A DNA stretch of 64,000 nucleotides from the human T2T-CHM13v2.0 reference genome, Homo sapiens. Within the stretch, counting starts at the first letter, position 1, and the number at the start of each line of letters is the position of its first letter. The position numbers and the translations under genes are program-made. A model generated the notes under the pieces. It saw nothing but the letters and a program-made list of their open reading frames with translations. It ran no database searches and was not told the DNA's origin. Positions 33,086 to 48,207 of this stretch are shown one piece after another. The DNA is taken from the NCBI RefSeq assembly GCF_009914755.1, contig NC_060933.1. The stretch is one strand, 5' to 3'.

Positions 33086-33499
33086 TATTATAGACCATAA
33101 TGCAACACACTCTATCAGAAAATTATGTTAGCTTTAGAGGAGGCAGAATCAGGGCTGGCTGAGTCATGTGCCCTGAGGCTGGTGCCTACTAATCCAAGCC
33201 AGCAATAGGCATCAGATTCACATCTGTTTTAACCTCCTGATTCTGAATATTCAGCTAAATCCCTAGTAGATTCACACTGCTCCAAACCAACCCCTAAACT
33301 AGGATCTCCACTAGCACCAAACTTGTCTGTCCAAACTCAAAGTTAAAGCCCAGATTTCCATAAATTCCTGGGTGTAGAATTTACAGTGTGAGTAACTTCC
33401 GCCACAAAAGCTCAACTGATCATAAGCAGTTTCCCCACAAGTCCACCACATTCCTTCTACTCCACTTGGATGTGGGGACATTCACAATGGCAGGAAGAG

Positions 33500-34010
33500 A
33501 ACCCTGGCAGACTCTGCTGGACTCACCCCAGAGATAGGTGGTCTCTCAGTAGTGATGAGAGTGAGACTCAGGAATACAGAGGGAAGGGAAATGAGGCAGG
33601 GGCCACCTGCAGAGAGTGCTCCCGTGGCTGGATCTAGTGAGATCACCCTTCAAGAAGCCATGCAAATGGCACTACAGGACAGTTAGTCCAGGGGTGCAAA
33701 GCGGAAGAATTTATCCACTGGCTCCTATGTCCCAGGGTCAAATGTTTGCCCCGTGTGGCGTTGCCTCCGCCATGCTTCATGGCTGTGCATGCATGAACAC
33801 TGAGCATGGTCTGTAGTGTTTCATGCCTCATCCCAGGCCAAAGCAAGAGACAGGCATCACAGAAGGGGGTGGGGCAGATCAGGGAACACCAAGGGAAAGT
33901 CACTTGGAGCTCTCACAGAGCCGGTTGCCACTATAATAACTGGAAAAGTAGGTCAGGCCAAGAGGCTATGAATTGTGCATAAGAGATATCTGAGTCTCCA
34001 CAACACAGTA
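33500..34010. mobile_element. Old ERVL LTR (LTR16/LTR33-like)
   Basis: atttatccactggctcc...ggtcaaatgtttgcccc motif. Confidence 0.45.
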
Positions 34011-34026
34011 GTTCCACTCCTGCTAG

Positions 34027-34656
<630 letters not shown>

Positions 34657-34832
34657 TAGAATTAGCAATTCTAATTCTTTACGTGTTGGTAAGATTCTTA
34701 CATTGTTGGTAAGATTTTGTATGTTGATACCTGCAGCTCTAATTCATTTTTATTGTTATATAATGATTTATTTGCTTGTTTTACTACAGAGTAGTCATCC
34801 ATTCTCTCATGGGTGGACTTTTAGATCGTTTA

Positions 34833-35208
<376 letters not shown>

Positions 35209-35545
35209 ATGCTTTGGCAACAGTTTATACTGCACATCAATACTAAATTCAGACTTTGTTTCGGGCCTCAATTCTTATTTTTTTAACTTTTTACCAAGAA
35301 TCTTGCCCAACTGAAGGAAATATCAAATGCATTTTTATAGTGAATTCTCAGTATATACAGAGTAAATTTCAATTGTGCAAATGGTAGATATTAACATGCC
35401 TTCAGTGAGTAGGATGAATCAAAGGGAAAATATGAAAATAATTGAAAAGTTCTAGAAATGAGCTATTTGTCTTCTCTACACAAGAAAAAGTAGCACCCAG
35501 TTCCATGTGACTCCTTGTTAACAGAGGCAGTCACCATCCTCCAGC

Positions 35546-37776
35546 TGTGGTCGTCTCCAAAGATGACCACCATGCTATCAACTCTCCCTGCCTGTATGTA
35601 CATCCATTCCTCTAATGAGAGGTGGAGTGTACTTCTTTTCCTTTGAATCTGGGCTAGCCCCTTGCTCTGATGGATAAAATATGTCAGAAGTGAATTTTGA
35701 ACTCAGGAGTTAAGCTGACCCTTTCTACCTCCTTCTTGGAACATTCATTCTTGGAACTGAGGCATCAAATTTTGAGGAAGCCTAAATAACTACATTGCAA
35801 GGCCCATATGGGGGAAAACAAAGGTCTTTGGTAAACAGCCCTAGCTCAGCTCCCAGCCAACATGCAGTACCAACTGCCAGACATGTGAGTGAGCTCTCCT
35901 GGGTCTTTCTTCCCAGTCGAGCCCTCAGAAGACTGCAGAGTCAGCTGACATCGCATGGAGCAGAAAAACTGACCCCAAGTCCATTTCACCCATAGAATTA
36001 GGAATAGTAAGATGGCTGTTGTTTTAAGCTACTGTATTTTAAATTGGCTTATTCCACAGTAATTGATAGCTGAAACAGAACGTGATATCTAGAAGTGAGA
36101 TACTGTAACAGAAACCAAAAACATACAACATTGGCTTTAAGACTGGGTGGGGCAGGCGGGAGCCAGAAAGGTCTCAAAAAACCACTAAAGGAGACTGGAA
36201 GGAGAGTGAGGAAATTGTTATTGGAGGCTGAAGAAAAGGCAACTCATACAATATATTGGTAGAACATTTAACAACACTGTCAAACTATGAAGCCAATGGA
36301 AAGAGAGATGAACCAAAAAAAAGGACTGCTCAGATTGAGAGCAGAATTTAGAAAACACGTTGAGAACTCAGGACTCAACAAAAGATTCTCAAAGGAAGAA
36401 ATGTCCTTAAGGCAAGTATTAAACCCAGGTTGCTGCAAGTAAAATATAGTGTCAGAGAAAATGTTCAAATCAAAAGTGCAGGCGTAAGACCTTAGAAAGA
36501 TTTGAGACAGTGCCTCAATAACCTTCTTCATTTCCAAGACAGAAGGGCTTCCAAGAATCTTAAGGGATTTGTTCTATAGCATTTTTAATCTCAGTCCAAG
36601 GTTTAGATGCTCCTGTCTCAAGGAGAATTCTGAGTGTCGCATTTATCTAAGGGATTGGAATTATAATTTGATGCACAGGAAACCTATAAGGTTTTTAAAG
36701 GAATTATATTAACTTGGTCTAAAAGATACAGAGATGGTTCAAAATGAAAAGAGGTCTCTGGGTCCTTAACCTCTTATAAAGAGAAAGGAGATTGAGACTG
36801 TCTCCTACTCAGCTGCAAGCATAGATAATTTCTTATAGAAAAGAACAGGTCACTAGAGAGCTGAGTCAAGAACCACAGAGAACCATGAAAGAGATCCTGA
36901 TTCAAAAAATGACAACACATGCCTGGCTGGATTTCAGAATTGCTATGAACTAGTTAAAGCTATTGGCCTGTTGTTTTCCCACTTTTTGAATGGGAGCATT
37001 TATTGCATTTATCTTGTCCCTTTTTCACATTTTATGTGAGAGGTTGTATACAGGGCAGATAACTTGTCTTTCTAGTTTAGAGGAATTTTCTCTCAAGAAA
37101 CCACACCAGAGAAGCTGCACTCAAGGATTTCTATCCATGCTTGAAGCTAGTAATATGATCCTGTACTTTGTTTGAGCCAATACCATGATGCTAATATGAG
37201 GAGAGGAGATGAGTATATTTTGCATATTGTGGTAGGTAGTATCTAAAGATGGGGCCCCTGTGCACATGTGTGCCACTCTCACAGTGAGTGGAGTTTTATT
37301 TCATCTCCTCTTGAATCTGGGCTGGCTCTATGACTTCTTTGACCAACAGAATTGGTCCAGCCTTAAGTGGACTGCCTTCAAAGGCAGCCTTAAGTGAGTT
37401 CAGCCTTCTGAGAACTGACAATTTCTGCTTCCTTCCTTTCGGGTGCCTATTCTTAGACTCAAGATGCTATATTGTGAAAAACCCCAACCTACACATGGAG
37501 AAGGCCATATGAAAGAGAACTAAGCCCCAGCTGAGGTCCCAGGCAATGGCCAGCACTATACACAGCAATGGCCAGCTCTGTGAATGAGCCCTTTGGGACA
37601 TTTTAACCCAATCAAGCCCCAAAATTACTGCAGCCACAGCCAAAATCATGTGTAGCAGAAGCTTCTTCCAAATGAGCTCAATCAACTTGTAGAACTGGGA
37701 AAGAATAAAATGGTTGTTGTTTTAAGCTGTTAAATTTTAGGGTGGTTTGTTACTAGCATTAGACAGCTGAAATACA
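35546..37776 (+). mobile_element. MaLR provirus (MLT1-type LTR-internal-LTR)
   Basis: Similar LTRs ~35546-36077 and ~37228-37776 (both end in ttgttttaagct...gctgaaa) flanking MLT1-int-like sequence. Confidence 0.75.
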
Positions 37777-38532
37777 AATCCTGTGCAAATCTCCAGCGAT
37801 AAAGCAGTTGTGTGCATTTGATCCCAAAGGGCATCATTTTAAGCTCATTTGCATCATATAATTGTTTAATTCTTCCTGGGATATAATTGCAAATTATCCA
37901 AGTCATGCTTGCAAGTGAATCAAGAAGAAAAAAATCTTAATTTTATTAACTACTGATTTACCCACATCAATCTGATTTACACACCAACCTTTATTTTGAT
38001 GCTTCCTTGGATGGAAAAATAAATAAATAAAAATAAAGCCCAAGGTCAAAACAGTCAAATAGAAACTAGTAAGTATTTCTTGAGTTACTGCTTCCTACTA
38101 TCATGGACACTTTGCATGGTGGTGAAAATAGAAGAATCTTTGCCCTCAAAGTTCTCACCATATGACAGATAAGAACAGGCCAGGCTTCAGAGGCTGGCAA
38201 CTTGACTTTGCCATCACATTGCCTCTCATACACCAGTCTCCATACTCTGAGCACCCACTAGCTAGCTAATTAGCAGTGACTGCTGTCTATTTCCAGGAAC
38301 ATCTATGTGAGTCCTTAGGATTGTATACAGAGACAACCCGAGTGCCCCCCGGCCCTTTCTAGGGTCTCTCTTGCTCAGATTATGAGCGAATGGGAGCCAA
38401 GGGATGATTTCAGGGGGAGCTCTGCAGACCCAGTGTTCCAGGTCTTCCATGCCCACCAGCCCTCTGCCCTGGTGCCTGCCACCACTGTCTTGGCCTTCGA
38501 CTCCAGTCCACGCTGCTAGACTCTCCTGTAGA

Positions 38533-38815
38533 AGTCAGGCATGGTGGCTCATGCCTGTAATCCCAGCACTTTTGGAGGCTGAGGAGGGTGGATTGCTTGA
38601 GCTCAGGAATTCGAGACAAGCCTGGGCAACATGGTGAGACCACATCTCTACTAAAAATACAAAAAATTAGCTGGTGTGGTGGTGCATGCCTGTGGTCCCA
38701 GCTACCCTGGAGGCTGAGGTGGGAGGATGGTTTAAGACCAAGGTGCAGTGAACCGAGATCACACCACTGGATTTCAGCCTGGGTCACAGAGCGAGACCTT
38801 GTCACACAAAAAAAA
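38533..38815 (+). mobile_element. AluJ
   Basis: Diverged Alu. Confidence 0.9.
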
Positions 38816-39319
38816 GAATCTCCTGCAGACTTCTAACCTTCACGTGCTGTGGGCCTGTGTCCACACCTCCACTTATTTCTCCCAGGCAGCTTGGCCTCTG
38901 TCAACCCTTATGTCCACCTTTCAAAGAAAGGTCCCACAGCCCTTTCATTTGGATCCCTTGGAACTCCAATCTTTCCTTTATGCCCCAGGACCTGTCCTCC
39001 GCTAAGAGTCACAGCACTCTCAAGTGAGGCTGCAGGACTAGGAGGAGGTGATGTTGGGGTGCCCTGCCCTGGGGGAGGCACAGCCCCACACCGAAGCACA
39101 CCCATGCTCCCCTCCTTCACCCAGATCCCTGCTGCTTCACCTGCTACACCCACCACTCTTCAGAGGTCCTATTGCTATCTGACATTGTCTTGGGTATTTA
39201 CCCATTCTAGTTTTTATTGCCTGTCCCCTCTCATGCCCCGTGGAAATGGCGATTGCTTGTCTATTTGTTGTCAGGTATCTCCAACGCATCATGTGGCACA
39301 TAGTAGATGTTCAATTAGT

Positions 39320-39719
39320 ATAGTCATCCTTTGCTTAAAGATGGTGATACATTCCAAGAAGTGTGTTGCAAGGCAATTTCATCATTGTGTGAACGTCATA
39401 GCATGTACTTATGCAAACCTAGATGGCACGGCCTACCACACACCTAGGTTATATGGTACAGTTTATTCCTTCTAGGCTACAAACCTGTACTGCAGGTGAC
39501 TATGCAGAATACTGTAGGAAACTATAACACGATGGAAGGTATTCATGTATCTAAACATATCTAAGCATAGGAAGGGTATAGTAAAAAATGTGGCATGAAA
39601 GATTTTTAAAAAGTGGTACACCTGTATAAGGCAGGCCTGCCTATGAAAACCTTGTGGGACCACCATCATATATTCAGTCCATCATCAACCGAAATGTCCT
39701 TAAGGGGCACATGACTGTA
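39320..39719. mobile_element. Tigger3/MER7-like TcMar DNA transposon
   Basis: acaaacct/gcaaacctagatgg...cacatgactgta motifs; TA at the ends. Confidence 0.78.
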
Positions 39720-40235
39720 TATGTTTAATCAATTACTATTTATTCCTCCTTTGTGGTGGATTTTCTTTCAGGAATTCAATGGTTTTATCCTACAGACCAT
39801 CAGGGGCTCTCTATGCCTATATAGTCTTCCCAGTCTAGTGTAAACCAAGGGAAGTGTCAGGGAATCTTAGTGTCCCTTGACATGCTGGGGTTCCCAGGGC
39901 ACTCCATGAATAAATAGAAAGCGGTTGTGTCCAGGATATGCAGAGGACTCTGGGGAAAGTATGAATCATCAGGCCCTGATAGTTTGAAAGTGACCTTTCA
40001 CACCCTGCCAAGACACTGCATTACCGAAGAAGAGGTAATTGATGGCACAAAGCAATAGATGGTGCCCGATAGAATGGATTACAAGAGGATAGACCATAAA
40101 CCTCAGCCATGATGCCTAACAAGGAATGTTCTCAGAACTCTGTAGGCCCAATCTCAGAACAAGTGAATTAGAATATCTAAATCAAAGGCTAAAATGCGCT
40201 TAGAAAATGCTTGCCAAGTGAAATGACATGATTCA

Positions 40236-40500
<265 letters not shown>

Positions 40501-41161
40501 GGAAAAAAACTACTGACCTAAAGAAATAAAAATTCCTTTTTGATTAGAAGGGGCTAATATTGTTTTGGTGTAGGTACTGGATTGGCAAGAAGGCTGTCCT
40601 GCATAAATTCATGTCTTTACAATAGGCTCCTATTAAAATGCACCAGCTTCTCCCAGTCTCCTTGCCTTTATCTTCTAAGGAGGTTATAATGCAAAACCAA
40701 ACATCAACCAATCTTAGTTTGGTCAAGTCAGGAAAGAAACAGCAGGAGAGAAATAATACAGAGGCTGCATTATTTGCTTTCCAAGTTATTATCCAAACTA
40801 TGAAATATTTGCATTTTGGGGACTAATAAAAATAACATAATAAAATGAAGATAATATCTTTAATGCTATCATCTTCCAATAGCTTTGTTATTGAGAAATA
40901 CTGGTGTGTTTTTCTATTTGCATTTCCAAGTATATACTCACTCAATCTGCCAGAAGCATCCATTTGCCTCTAAGAGGATTTAGAATAATTACATCAGGAA
41001 TGCACAAAAGGAGTTGATTTTTCTGCTTTGACTACACAAATTGTATTTTTGTGTCTCTAGAAATAGGATCGTTTTGACAATTCTGAAGAATCTAAGTGAA
41101 GCTTGGCAATACTGATTCTGCTGCTTTGCTGTAAGTCATAGGATAGAAAGAATGCAAGATG

Positions 41162-41455
41162 TGCCGGGCATGGTGGCTCATGCCTGTAATCCCAGCAATT
41201 TGGGAGGCCAAGGCAGGCAGATCATGAGGTCAGGAGTTCAAGACCAGCCTGGCCAATATGGTGAAACCCCGTATCTACTAAAAATATAAAAATTAGCTGG
41301 GCGTGGTGGCGCACACATGTAATCTCAGCTTCTCAGGAGGGTGAGGCAGAAGAATCACTTGAACCCAGGAGGCTGAGGTTGCAGTGAGCCAAGACTGTGC
41401 CACTGCACTCCAGCCTGGGCAACAGAGCGAGACTCCATCTCAAAAAAAAAAAAGA
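41162..41455 (+). mobile_element. AluS (Sg-like)
   Basis: TSD agaaagaatgcaagatgt. Confidence 0.92.
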
Positions 41456-42423
41456 AAGAAAGAATGCAAGATGTGATGAAAGGAAAACTTCTGATATACA
41501 GAAAGGAGAAGAACCTTCCTCTTCTAGCCCAGATGGAACATGGGAGGGAAGAGAGAAAAACAGAGTGAAGAGGTTGGTTGCCAATGTCTTTGATATCTAT
41601 CCCTTTCTGCGACCTTAGGGTAAACTTGGAAACTCCCAAGCCTGTCTTTGGGAAGTGGGTCTTTGGTATACCCTCACATCCAACATGGCAGGACTAGCAA
41701 TGGTGAATAAGATATCTACGTAGACATCCTGAGAAAATGTTACTGGTGCCCCAGAGCCTATGCATGGTCTGCAGAAGATCCACAAACGTGTCCTCAAAGG
41801 TTCTGAGATTAGCTGTGCTGACCAAAGATCACAAAGCTATGGGGTCTGTGGAACATGGGGACTCATGACCCCTACCTGACATGCAGCCAGAAGGGACCAG
41901 CTGCACACAACAAGCTCCATGCAGAGACCCATAGAAGGCCCAGCCCATCTGCAACTAGCAGATGAAGGACTGGTGCTCAGGGACACAGTATCTCCTCCCA
42001 CCACCCCAAGGTTATGTCACTTCTTTCATGCAGCCAGATGCCATCTAGCGGGGTGAGGAAAACAGCAAGAAATCTGAAATACTGAGATAGTTGAGAAACA
42101 GGCTCTCTCTCTCTCTCCTGGGTTTTTCTCCACCCCCAGCACATGAAAGAATTGTAAGGAAATTTAGATGATTGATAATAAACTATAAAATATAAAATCT
42201 GGATTATCATTATATATTTTATGGTGATGGGTAGATTTCCATACTCGCCACAATTACTAGCCTTTCCTAAATTAGGACATTTTCTGGAATGTTCTTCTAA
42301 TAAAAACTAAGTCATTATCATTATACTTAGATTTTATAACCAAGAATTCCAAAGTCATATTACCAGTCTACTACGCTTTCCCAATGAATCCATCCTTTAA
42401 GTCTAATTTCTAAATACACTTGT

Positions 42424-42442
42424 TGTCCACAAGGTGGCCCTA
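42424..42442 (+). promoter_or_regulatory. CTCF motif
   Basis: tgtCCACAAGGTGGCccta versus consensus TGGCCACCAGGGGGCGCTA. Confidence 0.55.
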
Positions 42443-42692
42443 GAAGCAATAGAATACAGTTCACCTCCAGAGCAGCCCGACCGCTAAAAGGACTCAATCC
42501 TTTTTGTTTTCCCATTTATGAGCAATTAACGGAGTGAGAACAGAAAAAAAAAGAGCACAATTAAACATTGTACTAATAAACTGATAACGCGTCTTCAGTG
42601 TTTGTTTTTACCAAACAGAGCAGAACTATGAATCATGCGGCCGCGGAACTGCACACCTTGGCTGTGTATGGCACCGAGGCACCTTGCGTTAC

Positions 42693-42850
42693 CTCCGAGG
42701 ATGTCTGCCAATTTTTTAAACATGCAAAACCATAGTGTCAGTAAAAGAAAAGTTCCCAGAAGACTCGCAATTGTGCAAATGGGGGGGGAAAAAAAACAAA
42801 CAGGCATCAGCCATCACAAAATTCCAGATTGCCAGATTCCTTGATTGTGG
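42693..42850 (-). other. Candidate first exon encoding MFKKLADILG, phase-1 donor GAG|gtaacg
   Basis: Donor, ATG at 42723-42721, locally elevated CpG (NotI site gcggccgc ~42637), repeat-free block; TSS position inferred. Confidence 0.45.
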
Positions 42851-42859
42851 CTTTTAAGC

Positions 42860-43270
42860 AAAACACAGCCAGCTGCCTGTATTTAACGTTAATTGTTAAG
42901 CTCCAAGTCTCAGCCAATCATTTTACTTCTGAGCTGGCGCTGTAACAGCAACACAAATATGAAACTCTCTCCCTGACCCAGTTTAGTGTGGGGGGGAGGG
43001 GGGAAGGAGACAATGAATAATTAATTCTGGGATTTGGTCAGCTTTCCTGTGAAGAACACATCGCTAGCTTCCTAAAGCAAAACAACATCTGTGCCTGAAA
43101 ACTTCTCTTGCGTCTTCAAGATGAGCTGATGGTGTGTTTATAAACCCCGTAAAAATCCACCTCTTATCTCTTCTCCCCACCAAAGAGCCATGTTCGCACT
43201 TTAAGGAGTGAGTCTTCTGTTTATGATTGGCTAGAGGGGTGGCCGCCTTTCTCATGTGGTCCTCTGCTGA
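42860..43270 (-). promoter_or_regulatory. Candidate promoter
   Basis: TTAAATA (42880-42886, minus), HNF1-like gttaattgttaag (42888-42900), CCAAT (42914-42918), G-tract (~42990), second ATTGG plus GT box (~43226-43241). Confidence 0.5.
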
Positions 43271-43670
43271 GAACTCACTCGGCTGATGATTTCCCTGTTC
43301 TTGACCCTTTGTGTGATTTGAAGGTTTCTCGCTCCTCCCAGATTGCTAACAGCGCCAAGTATCTAGTCTCCTATTTTTCCTCGGGGGATGGATACCTTAG
43401 CCTCCTTTCTCGGTCTGGAATGCAAAGAACGCAGCTTCATTTGAGTGAATGGAGAATTCTTTGTAGGCAGAAACGATCTCTCACTCCTCTCTCATATTCC
43501 TGTTCAATCTTTCTATCTCATAAACCATAAACGACAGGCAGATGTCTAAAAAAGCATCTGGTTTTTAGAATCCCCCCAGTCACCGGACCTGGGGGGAGGT
43601 GTCCTCCTCCAGAGCACACCGAGCAATCTCCCGCAACCAATCTGACTTTTTGAGTCTGGCTTTGAGGTCT

Positions 43671-44219
43671 TGTTGCCAGAAAAGGGAGTCCTGAATCCAG
43701 ACCCCAAGAGGGTTCTTGGATCTCACGCAGGAAACAATGTAAGGCGGGTCGCAGAGTGCAGTGAGAAGAGAGAGTTGATTGAAAGATACGCAGTTACAGA
43801 GTAGGGATCCTCAGAAAGCAAGAGGAGGAACGCTTCATCTTTGTTTTGTTTTTCTTACATGGGGGTCTTTTCTATGCAAAAGATAAGCTATGTCTCTGTG
43901 CAGGTGGGCTGACAGCATGGCAAAATTGCTTATTTTTTGCTGACTCAAAGAAAACTCTCCTAGTCATATAGTGTGTAAATACATCAAATCATACGTGTAA
44001 TTACCTTAGAAGCATGCATTGTTATGGATATTGGGACATCTGGACATTCCATTGTCATAGGAGTGTGTCCTTGCAGGTATCATCAAGCTGTTTTCTGAAC
44101 TGTAAACATCTTAGGGCTGTGGGTTGTGACCAGCAAGGAATGTGCCTTATTAGTGTCAAGATGGAGCTGAACTTCAAATGACGTGACTCTGACTCTCCTA
44201 TGCTCTTGTTTCCCTAACA
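43671..44219 (-). mobile_element. ERV1 (MER4-group-like) solo LTR
   Basis: TG...CA termini; 4-bp TSD gtct on both sides; ccagaccccaagagggttcttggatctc motif. Confidence 0.85.
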
Positions 44220-44684
44220 GTCTGACAAGGTTAACCTTCAAGGACTGCATCAGGAATTGGTCACAGTGCTTAGCAACAGGTTCTCTTCACTCTTGTCATT
44301 TACATATAGACGACAGCTAATATTCAAATCCGTGTAGGCAAACCCACAGTTGATTAAATTAAATCTCTTCTCTAGCTTGATTTGCATAACTTGAAATAAT
44401 CAGAATAGAGAGTGAATGCATAATTGAAAAGAGAAAATACGTACTGCAGCTATTTGAAACTAGATGTCGTTGAATTAAGCTTGTAAATTCTGATAGTACT
44501 GAATGTACAACTGTTCTAGGCTAACTTTACATTTGAAATGTTAAGAAATGTGAGTTGTGAACTGGAAAGTTAATTAACAAACAAAATCTTAGAATATTGC
44601 ACTTTGTTATGGCAGCCCTAGAAATAAACAAAATTTAAGAGAAAAAAGAAATTTTTTGACTAACAATAACAACATTTTAAGTTG

Positions 44685-44977
<293 letters not shown>

Positions 44978-45272
44978 CCAACATTTTAAATTTTTTAAGA
45001 GAAGAACTGTCGAGCAAATGACCTGAATAGTTTGCTGGCACTATTTTACAAGAAAACAGAAGCAGTTCCTGCATACCATGTTCTATTCTAACTCTTGCAA
45101 GGAAAAGAATTTAGCCAGTGTTTCCTTTATTTTAGAGCAAAATCTACTCACTGTAAGATCTTCCCCATTACTGCACCCAGACTCCCAGTTCTCTTTCTTT
45201 ATGGCCCATATAGGACCCTCACACCTCCACCCACTACCCGCATTGCCTTTATGAAAAAGCAGACCCTGATCT

Positions 45273-45804
<532 letters not shown>

Positions 45805-46279
45805 TTAATTCTCAAAAGCAGAGGCAGCACCAGGCCTAGGCCATGCACCCCGGCTCTAGCAAAAGCAGAAAGCACTACAGATGAGGTCAATCTGAGAGGC
45901 AGTCTTCATCCCGGCCTCAGGCATGGTTATAAAATGTTTTCAATTTGGAAAACGTGGATCACTGATGTGTAGCAAGGGCAATAAATGCTTTTCTCCCACA
46001 GTTGTTGTGGAGCTCCATTCTCCCAGCCAACCCTGAGCAGACTTGCTCCTTCCCTAGGATGACAGTATTCTTTCGTCACAGAATGTCTATAAGAATGAAT
46101 GTGCAGAGTACATTTTTTAAGGTAAATGCCCTAAATGTGTGGTTGAAATCAACATTTTCAAGCTGTCAAAAATAAGAGATAAGTTGTTCAAGTTTAAGAG
46201 TAAACAAGGATTTATAACAACATTAGTGAGAACTTCCTTTCTATTGCCTTACATTAAGTCAAACAGTGATCATTTTATT

Positions 46280-46470
46280 CAATATCCACCTCACTTAAGG
46301 AGATAGGAATGATTGCTCCTTCTTTTTTACAGATGAGAAAACTGAGACTTCATCAGGTGAAGCAACTTGTCCAAGGACATGCCACTAGAAAGAAGTGACC
46401 TATGATTCAAGCCCAGGCAATCTATTACAGAAAGCCCCACTCTTCACTGCCCCACTGTGCTGTCTTCCAA
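46280..46470 (-). mobile_element. MIR
   Basis: ttttacagatgagaaaactgag. Confidence 0.75.
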
Positions 46471-46989
46471 AGAGCATGAATAACTAGACTGGATATTTAC
46501 AGACTGTTTTTCTTTAACAGGCAAGATGGACAAAACTGTTCAGAAGTGGTTGTTTGTGCCTATCTAAAGGACTTCCTGCCCTAGCAACATTTGGTCCACA
46601 TCCCTAAGCTCTTCTTTGCTTTGACTCAATTTATCTTCCAAAGCTGAAGTCACAACAGGATGATCTTCCTTCAGAGAACCCCCAGAAAGTTGTGTTTTCA
46701 TCAGCCAGAAATTCCAGAGAACTTGGGGGGAAAATCCCGAGGATTTCAGAACAAACTAAGCAGCTAAAGCAGAGATTCCGGGAGACCTTTCTGACAAACA
46801 AGCGTGAGGTGTTTGCTTCTCTGCCCTGTGTTACTTGAAGAGAATGCTGTGCCTGGCTCTTTTAACTCTAAGAACCAAGGACTCAATAAGTTGATGTGAG
46901 TGAGGGAGGCCATTGCAGGACACCAGAGAACAGCCATACTCATGAAGAGAGAGAAACCCAGATATATCCTAGAGACAGCAGATGTCTGC

Positions 46990-47292
46990 AGACTGTTTCC
47001 TCCTCCTGAGAAGTCCCTGGGCACCTCCCAGCCTCCCTTGCAGCTTGGTTCAGATCATGTAACTGAGTTCTAGCCAATTCCAGTCCTGATCCTTAGAAAC
47101 ATCCCTTCAGCTCCTGCTTCCCAGTCTTAACATCTTGGGCACCAACCATTCCAGGTGGTGTAGCTACAAGAAGGAGGCAGCCCTACTCATATTGGAATTT
47201 GCATAAGAAACAGATAAATCTTGATTATGTTAAGCCACTGAGATTTCAGGATGAATTTGTTACAGGAGCATAATCTAATCTATCCTGACTTC
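46990..47292 (+). mobile_element. Old MLT1 LTR (J/K-like)
   Basis: cccagcctcccttgcag...gttaagccactgagattt. Confidence 0.6.
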
Positions 47293-47324
47293 AGCGCAGG
47301 GCAAATTAATCACCTAGAAGGTTA

Positions 47325-47850
47325 TTGAAAAATATATTTCCATTCTATTATAAAGATGCATGCACGCATATGTTCATTGCAACACTATTCACAATAGCAA
47401 AGACATGGAATCAACGTGAATGTCCATCAATGATAGACTGGATAAAGGAAATGTGGTACATATACACCATGGAATACTATGCAGCCATAAAAGGGAACAA
47501 GATCATGTCCTTTGCAGGGACATAGAGCTGGAAGTCGTTATTCTCAGCAAACTAACACAGGAACAGAAAACCAAACACCACATGTTCTCACTTGTAAGTG
47601 GGAGCTAAATGATGAGAACACATGGACACATTGTGGGGAACAATACAAATTAGGACCTGTGGTCAGGGAGGGAGAACATCAGGAAGAATGGTTATTGGCT
47701 GCTGGGCTTAATACCTAGGTGATGGGTTGACCTGTGCAGCCAACCACCATAGCACACGTTTACCTATGTAACAGACCTGCACATCCTGCACATGTACACT
47801 GGAACTTAAAAGTTAAAGAAAATAAGAAATAAAAATTTTTTAAAAAAGAA
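47325..47850 (+). mobile_element. L1PA (older primate) 3' end
   Basis: ORF2 C-terminus MFIATLFTIAKTWNQ...MEYYAAIK plus 3'UTR. Confidence 0.9.
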
Positions 47851-48069
47851 AGGTACTTAAATATATATATAGAGAGATAGATTTCTAGATTGTCCTCCCT
47901 GATGAATTTCTTGGGGCACAAGAATGAGGGAACAGGCTGAATTTGAGGCAGGTACCCTAGGGCTGGTGTATGAGGTACAAAAGAAAAAGAAAAAATATCT
48001 AAGAAAGAAGCTGTATGATTTTTGTGATGGTTTGGAGGAGGCACTGGAGAAAGAGAAAAAGAAAGGAAA

Positions 48070-48071
<2 letters not shown>

Positions 48072-48148
<77 letters not shown>

Positions 48149-48207
48149 GAAGGAAGGAAGGAAGGAAGGAAGGAAGGAAGGAAGGAAGGAAGGAAGGAAG
48201 GAAGGAA
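48072..48207. repeat. (GAAA)19(GGAA)15 compound microsatellite
   Basis: Units counted directly from the sequence. Confidence 0.95.

Noticed and set aside
38849-39475. 208-aa ORF, the longest non-microsatellite ORF
   Set aside because: It runs through L2-like and Tigger3-like relics, has no recognisable domain and starts at a non-ATG codon
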